From Bacteroidota bacterium (GTDB lineage Bacteria > Bacteroidota > Bacteroidia > Chitinophagales > Saprospiraceae): 64,000 nt of DNA. This document shows, one piece after another, positions 57,282-64,000 of this stretch. The DNA is taken from assembly GCA_039030655.1 (NCBI GenBank), contig JBCCDS010000029.1:4672-68671 (forward strand), given 5' to 3'. Each line of letters starts with the position of its first letter. Position 1 is the first letter of the stretch. The position numbers were made by a program, and so were the translations under genes. The notes under the pieces were generated by a model. The model was not told where the DNA came from and did not search any database. It was given only the letters and a program-made list of their open reading frames with translations.

Positions 57282-58277
57282 CTAAGACAAAGACGACCAA
57301 ACAGCCTGTATCTCAGCCACAATGGTCACGTGATTCAGGTCGCGCATACAGCGAAAATGTCCCTTGGGACAGCTGGCGTGGCCGATCTTAGAGCAAGGCC
57401 GGCAGGAGAGCCCTTCGATCTCCTGCCGCCTTGCTCTTTCTGTTGCTTCCTGGCCGGGCAGATAGGGGTACATCCCAAAGTCCGGCACGGTGTTGCCCCA
57501 GACGGAAATGATCGGCTTATGAAAAGCCGCGGCGATGTGCATCAGTCCGGTATCGTGGGTAAGCACTACCCTAGCCTGCTGCACCAAGGAAGCCGATTGG
57601 CCCAACTTGAAGCTGCCGCAGCTATTATAAACCTGAGGGCCCGCTGCAGTTGCCAGCCGTTCACCAATTTCTTTTTCTCCGGGTCCTCCCAATAAAACAA
57701 GGGGGTAGGGGCAAGCCTGACAGATGGCGAGTAGCTGATCTTCGGGCAAGCGTTTAGTCGCATGAGCGGCACCGATTACCATGGCGACATATTCCTGTGG
57801 CAAGCCAAATTTGCCCAGCGCAACTACATCTTCCGGTCCCAAAAAATAATCCAGCCCTCCACCGTCATTTTGGATGCCCAATGGCTTCGCTGCCGCCAGA
57901 TAACGATCGACAATATGTACTGCTGGCAAGCGATTCAACTTGAAGTTGGTCAGCAACCACTTCTGCCAGTTAAGCTTATTGAAGCGGTAGGTTTTGCACT
58001 TCCGCAGGTGTAAGTCCAGCTGCCGAGTTCGCAGATTATTGTGCAGATCAATGAGCGTATCGAATCCTTCAGCTTTTAGCTCATCGGTAATCTCCGTCAC
58101 TTCTTTTTCGATGGTCCACAACTTAGTCAGATAGGGATTGTGTTTCAAGACCCCTGCGTAGGCGCGTTTGGTGAGAAAGTGCACCTCCGCTCCCAGCTGC
58201 TGCTGTACGGCTCTGATCACCGGTGTGGTCAGTACAACATCCCCAATGGAGGAAAAGCGGACGATGAGGACTTTCAT
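57282..58277 (-). CDS. Glycosyltransferase family 9 (heptosyltransferase-like)
   Basis: 331 aa with MKVLIVRFSSIGDVVLTTPVIRAV at the N-terminus and GGPGEKE...THDTGLMHIAAAF blocks typical of GT9. Confidence 0.8.
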   Translation of the reverse strand: MKVLIVRFSSIGDVVLTTPVIRAVQQQLGAEVHFLTKRAYAGVLKHNPYLTKLWTIEKEVTEITDELKAEGFDTLIDLHNNLRTRQLDLHLRKCKTYRFNKLNWQKWLLTNFKLNRLPAVHIVDRYLAAAKPLGIQNDGGGLDYFLGPEDVVALGKFGLPQEYVAMVIGAAHATKRLPEDQLLAICQACPYPLVLLGGPGEKEIGERLATAAGPQVYNSCGSFKLGQSASLVQQARVVLTHDTGLMHIAAAFHKPIISVWGNTVPDFGMYPYLPGQEATERARRQEIEGLSCRPCSKIGHASCPKGHFRCMRDLNHVTIVAEIQAVWSSLS

Positions 58278-58461
58278 GAGGGTGAAGGTAAGAACTCCCT
58301 GCGGTCGGGGGGACTAGCTCCCTGCGGTCGCCGTGATGACTCGCTTCGCGAGTGGGATTAGCTCCCGATGGTCGCAGTGACTAAATCACAGCGAGCGATT
58401 GCGAGCAATCACGCGAAGGCAGCGCCCGAGTTATCACCACGAGCATAGCTAGTTATCACCT

Positions 58462-60219
58462 TTAAGGGACCACCCGCCCCACCGGATACAGATTATGCGT
58501 AGGCTCATAAAATTCCGACCGACGATAAATGAAGAGGAGCTGCCCGTAAGCATCGGCGGCCAGATCGGGATCAGCGGCCTTCGCTGTAGCCAATTCGGCC
58601 GCTAGATCAGGATTACTGGCCAACAGTTCTTCGGCAATGTCTTCGAAGACGTAGGGCGAGAAGTATTCCTTCTGCTGTAGGATCGCATCGAAGAAATTCC
58701 AGGCAAAGTAGCTATCGGGAGCCTGTGGTTCCAAAGTTTCGACGATGTAGCGCACGCCCGGTTGATCGGTGTAGACCAGATAATCTCCGGCTCGGTAGGT
58801 GACTTCGCGGGTAACGGGACGAAGCTGGACATTATAGTGTAGGTAGTGGCCCTCGTAGGGACTATTACGCGACTCGTAGCTATCGATATAGTACTGTTCT
58901 ACTTCCAGCGTGGTGTCACTGCTTAACTCTTGCAAGACGATACCATTGTTTTGGAGACGCTCAATGACTTCACCCCAGGCGAAGGGGATACAGTACGCAA
59001 ATGGGCGATCAACGGTAGTTGTGGTACTATAATAGTCATATAGCGGCACGGGTTTGACGTAGGGGGCCTCTCGATCGTAGTAGAGGCGATCCTGGCCAGT
59101 AATCGCACTTGGTTTTTGTTTGGCTTCGTAGCCTTTAAATTGGAGCGTGTCGGACCTGCGGGAGTCCAATTCCCAATTCAAAGCCAAGCTATCCGCAGCA
59201 CGGTCTTGAGCGATTGCTTCAGCTCGGGCCGACTGGATTTTCTCCCGATCGCGAGCCACCAAGTCTACGGCCGACTGCATAAACTGATAGACCGACTCCG
59301 AGCGATCGCCAAAGGGCTTGAACATATGGGTCTCGGGCATGAAACCGATGCTGTGATGCAGGGCCGCGTAGCCCGAAGAGTAGCGAGGTAGATCGAGGAA
59401 GCCGGCGATCCCTTCATCGGGGGTAGATCGTACATAAACATAGGGGGTCAAATCCCAGCCACGTACGGGTAGATTCTGATAAAAATGCGGCAACATTTCT
59501 TCTTTCAGGTAGCTGGCCAATGGAGCGCTGAGTTTGTTATGTTGGGTGGCAATCAGCGTAAGCGTGTACTGATAATCAGCCCCGTTGGAGGTATGGTTGT
59601 CGATAAAAACCTCAGGCTGCCAGTCGGTAAATAAGCGGTTGAAGCTACGGGCATTGCGGGAGTCACACTTGATAAAGTCCCGGTTGAGGTCGAGGTTGCG
59701 TGCGTTGCCCCGAAAGCCGTGCTCCAGGGGACCGTTTTGATTAGCGCGGCTATCGCGACCGCGATTCAGGACGCCTCCGATGCTATACATGGGAATAAAT
59801 ACCAACACTACTTCATCAGGAAAAGGAAAATCTTCCGGCAGTTGCAGGTAGTCACGCACCAGTCGCATGGTCGCATCTACTCCACAGGGCTCGCCGGCAT
59901 GAATGGCATTATTGACGAAGAGAATAATTTTATCTGCTGCCCGAGCCTCTTCTGCCGTATTGATGCCCTCATTGGAAAGCGTGCCGTAGAGTAAGGGATA
60001 GCCACTATCGGTCATACCGGCCTCCTGCAGACTGAAGCGACTGGGATAAGCCTCGGCCAATTGCTGATAGAAAGCTACAGACTGAGCGTGGGAAGCGGTC
60101 GTGTTATGTGCTTCGTCTTGCTCGTAGGGAGTGAGCAGGAATTCCAGGTCAGGATCAGTAGCGGGTTGACAGGTGGTGAGGAAGAGAATAAGGAGGAGGG
60201 GGTAGATGGGTAGTTTCAT
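58462..60219 (-). CDS. M14 family zinc carboxypeptidase
   Basis: 585 aa with a signal peptide, NNAIHAGEPCG (HxxE zinc ligands) and NRDFIK/NHTSNGADY blocks of the M14 fold, plus a long C-terminal extension. Confidence 0.75.
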   Translation of the reverse strand: MKLPIYPLLLILFLTTCQPATDPDLEFLLTPYEQDEAHNTTASHAQSVAFYQQLAEAYPSRFSLQEAGMTDSGYPLLYGTLSNEGINTAEEARAADKIILFVNNAIHAGEPCGVDATMRLVRDYLQLPEDFPFPDEVVLVFIPMYSIGGVLNRGRDSRANQNGPLEHGFRGNARNLDLNRDFIKCDSRNARSFNRLFTDWQPEVFIDNHTSNGADYQYTLTLIATQHNKLSAPLASYLKEEMLPHFYQNLPVRGWDLTPYVYVRSTPDEGIAGFLDLPRYSSGYAALHHSIGFMPETHMFKPFGDRSESVYQFMQSAVDLVARDREKIQSARAEAIAQDRAADSLALNWELDSRRSDTLQFKGYEAKQKPSAITGQDRLYYDREAPYVKPVPLYDYYSTTTTVDRPFAYCIPFAWGEVIERLQNNGIVLQELSSDTTLEVEQYYIDSYESRNSPYEGHYLHYNVQLRPVTREVTYRAGDYLVYTDQPGVRYIVETLEPQAPDSYFAWNFFDAILQQKEYFSPYVFEDIAEELLASNPDLAAELATAKAADPDLAADAYGQLLFIYRRSEFYEPTHNLYPVGRVVP

Positions 60220-60497
60220 TATTGGGAGTAGAATAGCAGATAGTCGGTAGTAGATAGTTGGGTAGCGACGCCAAAGGAAGTCTCGTAGCGCAGGCCCTCC
60301 GAAGTCTGGAGATTTTAGAATTGAGAGTAAGATAGTAGATAGTATGGTAGTAGGTAGCTGGGTAGTATTTTAGGGGGTAGACGAAGAATCGTTGATAGCC
60401 TTGGCCCGCGGAAATTGGTCGGTCTGAAATTGGGAGTAACCATCGACCCTGGTGATTTAGCTTGCGGATCTGTTACTAAAGCACTTTATTGTAGTCC

Positions 60498-61388
60498 ATG
60501 GCTAATAACAAACTACTCGTCAACGAGCGTAAAGCTGATCTTGGTAATTTTATGGTAGGGCGCTTATTACCTTTTCGTAAGAAACGACAAGTGGGCCCCT
60601 TTACCTTTATCGATCATATGGGGCCAGCTATCCTAGGCAATGGTCAATACGTTGACGTAGATCAGCATCCGCACATTGGCCTGAGTACCTTAACCTATCT
60701 TTTTGAAGGAGAGATCGAACACCGAGACAGCGTGGGTAGCGTACAAGTTATTCAGCCAGGTGATGTAGGCTTTATGACGGCAGGCAGTGGAGTGACGCAT
60801 ACCGAGCGAACACCACAGCATAGACGTGGCCAAGGCTCTTTTCAGCTACATGGTTATCAAATCTGGGTAGCGCTGCCGCCGGATCAAGAGGAAATGGACC
60901 CTCGCTTCGATTATTACCCCGCTGACACATTACCTAATTGGGAAGAAGCTGGTCTGCAATTTCGATTAGTAGCGGGTAATGCCTTTGGCAGAACGGCCAC
61001 CTTGCAAGGCTATTCTCCGCTATTTATGGTGGATATTTTCGCCCAGGAAGCCAACACGCTGAACCTGCGAGGGCAACTGCAAGGGGAGGTGGCATTCGTG
61101 ATTGTCCGTGGCGCCATTACAGAGGAAGACATGCGGGTGGAAGCTGGCCAGATGTTGATCAGCAAGACCGATGAGCAATGTGAAATCTGCATGGAGGCCG
61201 ACACCCGATTGCTCTTATTTGGTGGCGCACCGCTAGGCCAAGAACATTTTCTGTTGTGGAATTTCGTCTCACACAGTAAAGAGCGACTGCAAGAGGCCAA
61301 GGAAGATTGGAAGAATCACGAATTTCCCCAGGTACCGGGTGATGAGACTTATATTCCAATTCCAGCTATTTTTGATCGAAAGCGGTGA
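60498..61388 (+). CDS. Pirin family protein
   Basis: 296 aa bicupin with the HPHIGLSTLTYLFEGEIEHRDS metal-binding signature. Confidence 0.88.
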   Translation: MANNKLLVNERKADLGNFMVGRLLPFRKKRQVGPFTFIDHMGPAILGNGQYVDVDQHPHIGLSTLTYLFEGEIEHRDSVGSVQVIQPGDVGFMTAGSGVTHTERTPQHRRGQGSFQLHGYQIWVALPPDQEEMDPRFDYYPADTLPNWEEAGLQFRLVAGNAFGRTATLQGYSPLFMVDIFAQEANTLNLRGQLQGEVAFVIVRGAITEEDMRVEAGQMLISKTDEQCEICMEADTRLLLFGGAPLGQEHFLLWNFVSHSKERLQEAKEDWKNHEFPQVPGDETYIPIPAIFDRKR

Positions 61389-61569
61389 TTTTTTGTTGAT
61401 ATGCAGTTTTAGTAGAAAGAGCTTAGTTGGGTAGAAGTTGATTGAAGGGCGGCAGCGTCCGAGGCATGCCGACGCCAGGATGCTTCCTCCGAGGCCTGGA
61501 GCGAATCTAAAAACCAATACTTCTAGACAGCGTTAAGTCAGCGATTACGCTTCCAATAGCTTAGCAGCC

Positions 61570-62148
61570 ATGATCAAAACCGAAAACTTCGCCCAAATTC
61601 CCGTTGCTTCCACAAAAGAACTTCGGCAATGGCTGACCGCCAATCATCAGCAAAAGGAGAGTGTGTGGCTGGTCACTTACAAAAAGATTGTGCCCGACAA
61701 ATACCTCTCTACGTCTGAAGTATTGGATGAGTTACTCTGCTTTGGCTGGATCGATGGTATTCGTCGCAAACTGGATGAAGAGCGGACCATGCAGCTCATC
61801 AGTCCCCGCAAGGTGGAACACTGGACTAAGACTTACAAAGAGCGAGCGGCCCGACTGATTGCAGCAGGACGAATGGAGGAAGCCGGCCTGCAATCCATTG
61901 CGGCCTCAAAAGCCAGCGGCCTATGGTCTTTTATGGATGATGTGGATGCTTTGATTATTCCGGATGACCTGGACGAAGCTTTGGACAAGCATCCTACGGC
62001 AAAAGCATTTTTCACCAACATTAACCCCTCCAGCAAGCGTTTTGTATTGCGGTGGATTAAATTGGCTAAAACCGAAAAGACCAGGGCTAAGCGAATTGCG
62101 AAAATAGCCCTGCTGGCGGCTAATGGAGAGAAGTTAAAGGGTAGCTGA
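61570..62148 (+). CDS. YdeI/OmpD-associated family protein
   Basis: 192 aa with LRQWL....H......W, and a C-terminal RWIKLAKTEKTRAKRIAKIA helix typical of the YdeI family. Confidence 0.7.
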   Translation: MIKTENFAQIPVASTKELRQWLTANHQQKESVWLVTYKKIVPDKYLSTSEVLDELLCFGWIDGIRRKLDEERTMQLISPRKVEHWTKTYKERAARLIAAGRMEEAGLQSIAASKASGLWSFMDDVDALIIPDDLDEALDKHPTAKAFFTNINPSSKRFVLRWIKLAKTEKTRAKRIAKIALLAANGEKLKGS

Positions 62149-62218
62149 ACCTTAACTGGAACAATGGTAACACCTCCTCGTTAAGCTATCAGATTCTTCG
62201 GATAAAACAAACACACTG

Positions 62219-63142
62219 ATGGCCAAGGCAAGTATTTTAAGCAAGACCTTTGATCGCTTTCTATCCGAAGGTGTCAAGGAACGTAGTGAGCGAATTATCC
62301 TCTGGATCGCCATCGTTAGTTACCTCCTTCACCTAGCGATGATCGTCTTGGTTCAGCAAGGGTTTATTGAGCTGGACTCCAAATTCTTCAGCAGCCCGAT
62401 AGCCGCCATTTACACCCCTTTTTCATTCATCCTGGTTTACGAGGTCTACCTGCTCATTTTCTTTCTCCCCCAGTCGATCACCGTTTACATCGGCAAGCAG
62501 TACGAGATCATCACCTTGATTGTGATCCGGCGCATATTCAAAGACATCGCTAACATCAAATTGACCTCTAACTGGTTCCAAAATCAGGATGATTTGCAAT
62601 TCACCTATGACGTAGTTACCGCGGTGCTGCTCTTCTTTTTGATCTTTCTCTTTTTCAAGAATATCATTCAGTCGAGTAGTAAAAAACGGAAGAAATCCGC
62701 CAAGCGAAAAGCAAGGATCGAGCGCTTCGTCCATCTAAAAAAAGCCATCGCTGTAGTCCTGGTCCCGATATTAATCATCCTTGCCTTTTACACCATTTCG
62801 GACTGGATCTATGACGTCGTTCGAGATTACCAGAACGGGATTACGGCCTTTAAAAACATCAACAACATCTTCTTCGACGAATTCTTCACGATCCTCATTA
62901 TCGTCGATGTCTTGTTATTGCTAGCCTCCTTTTTCTATTCCGATAAGTTTCACAAGATTATCCGCAACTCTGGCTTTGTAATCTCCACCATTCTGATCAA
63001 AGTTTCTTTTTCTGTGGAAGGGATTGTCAATAACGCCCTCATCATTGGAGCGGTATTATTCGGTTTACTCATGCTACTCATCCACAACCGCTACGAGAAG
63101 ATGGAGGATGTAAACAAGATCGAAGCGAGCGAGCTTAAATGA
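62219..63142 (+). CDS. Polytopic membrane protein of unknown function
   Basis: 307 aa with about 6 hydrophobic segments and a central basic loop SSSKKRKKSAKRKARIERF. Overlaps the next gene by 4 nt. Confidence 0.55.
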   Translation: MAKASILSKTFDRFLSEGVKERSERIILWIAIVSYLLHLAMIVLVQQGFIELDSKFFSSPIAAIYTPFSFILVYEVYLLIFFLPQSITVYIGKQYEIITLIVIRRIFKDIANIKLTSNWFQNQDDLQFTYDVVTAVLLFFLIFLFFKNIIQSSSKKRKKSAKRKARIERFVHLKKAIAVVLVPILIILAFYTISDWIYDVVRDYQNGITAFKNINNIFFDEFFTILIIVDVLLLLASFFYSDKFHKIIRNSGFVISTILIKVSFSVEGIVNNALIIGAVLFGLLMLLIHNRYEKMEDVNKIEASELK

Positions 63143-63663
63143 GCAATAGCAGCATGAATTTATTTACTATCCGCTTACGGCAGGCCAAGCCCGAAGACCA
63201 GCCTCTACTCGAATACTGGGACCAACAAGCCCACGTCATCGCCTCAGATCCAGACGATGACTGGGAATGGGCCAAAGAATTAGCCTACGACCCGCCCTGG
63301 CGGGAGCAGCTCGTCGCCGAACTGGACGGCCACCCTTTAGGTTTCCTGCAAATCATCAATCCCGCAGAAGAGGTCACGCACTACTGGGGCGAAATCGAAC
63401 CACACTTACGTGCCATCGACATCTGGATTGGAGAGGCCGACCAACTGGGTAAAGGCTATGGCACTCAAATGATGCAGTTGGCCATAGAACGCTGCTTTCA
63501 AGAAAAAAAGGTCAAAGCTATTCTGGTCGATCCACTGGCTACCAATCAGGGCGCACATCGCTTTTATGAACGACTGGGCTTTATTCGTACCGAAGAACGC
63601 GTATTTTCGGGACGATTATGTTACATCTACCGGCTGGATCGCCCAAAATCCAAATCGACGTGA
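63139..63663 (+). CDS. GNAT family N-acetyltransferase
   Basis: 174 aa with the acetyl-CoA binding block QLGKGYGTQMMQLAIERCF and NQGAHRFYERLGF. Confidence 0.8.
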   Translation: MSNSSMNLFTIRLRQAKPEDQPLLEYWDQQAHVIASDPDDDWEWAKELAYDPPWREQLVAELDGHPLGFLQIINPAEEVTHYWGEIEPHLRAIDIWIGEADQLGKGYGTQMMQLAIERCFQEKKVKAILVDPLATNQGAHRFYERLGFIRTEERVFSGRLCYIYRLDRPKSKST

Positions 63664-64000
63664 AAAGTATTTATCGACTTCTTTTTTGCTGTAGCTGTTT
63701 TATGGCTTTGGCGCCTTTAAACGCTCAAGACTTCCCCGATAGTTGGAGCGGGCACTGGGCAGGCACGGTGGAAATATGGAGTCATAATACCATTATTGAC
63801 AGTTTCCCCATGTCAGTAACGATTAGTCCTGCCGATAGTAGCTGGGATTACACCCTCGTCTATGATCGCCCCGGTGCAGAACAACTTGATCAACGCAATT
63901 ACTCGCTGATTACCCTCAATGATAGCCTGGGCCACTACGGCATCGATGAGCACAACAGTATCATTCTAGATAGCTACCTCTTTGGCGATTGTTTCTATTC
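63660..64000 (+). CDS. Secreted protein of unknown function; 3' end outside the window
   Basis: The frame is open from a GTG at 63660 (overlapping the previous TGA) to the window end. It begins with a signal-peptide-like VKSIYRLLFCCSCFMALAPLNAQ. It is absent from the ORF track because no stop is reached. Confidence 0.45.
   Translation, partial: MKSIYRLLFCCSCFMALAPLNAQDFPDSWSGHWAGTVEIWSHNTIIDSFPMSVTISPADSSWDYTLVYDRPGAEQLDQRNYSLITLNDSLGHYGIDEHNSIILDSYLFGDCFY

Overview
This is a chromosomal segment of Bacteroidota type. That assignment is inferred from T9SS type-A and type-B C-terminal sorting domains, a PorP/SprF gene, SprB repeats, fused hisB and hisIE genes, and TAnnTTTG promoter boxes. A Saprospiria/Cytophagia-like origin is only a guess. 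About 50 genes are supported. Most are housekeeping: a TPR-NTPase regulator (5' end outside the window), an SPFH protein, cytochrome c, anmK, two SDR/epimerase genes, msrB-msrA, an MltD-like transglycosylase, an M48 peptidase, tRNA-Phe, the histidine operon hisGDCBHAF plus hisIE, mutL, two rhomboids, efp, accBC, rlmB, an M29 aminopeptidase, hflX, an M12B-like T9SS metalloprotease, a GT9 glycosyltransferase, an M14 carboxypeptidase, pirin, YdeI and a GNAT. The accessory part is a 16-kb minus-strand block (7201-23128). It encodes a 1667-aa dockerin-bearing T9SS protein, a 258-aa single-cohesin T9SS protein, and a 2947-aa SprB-like giant with 11 cohesin-like modules and 15 four-cysteine motifs, followed by a PorP/SprF gene. 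The main signals not explained by gene calls are these. (1) The 12-mer ACCTGCGGAAGT (extended 18-mer GTACTTCCGCAGGTGTAA) occurs 11 times exactly, in genes and in spacers. It forms a perfect 53-nt hairpin inside anmK and bounds a 186-bp structured element in a 900-bp non-coding gap. (2) A candidate His-codon leader peptide plus terminator lies between tRNA-Phe and hisG. (3) Four tandem paralogous membrane-protein genes sit antisense between hisF and hisIE. (4) Several families of intergenic repeats are present. No rRNA, CRISPR array, transposase or integrase was seen.
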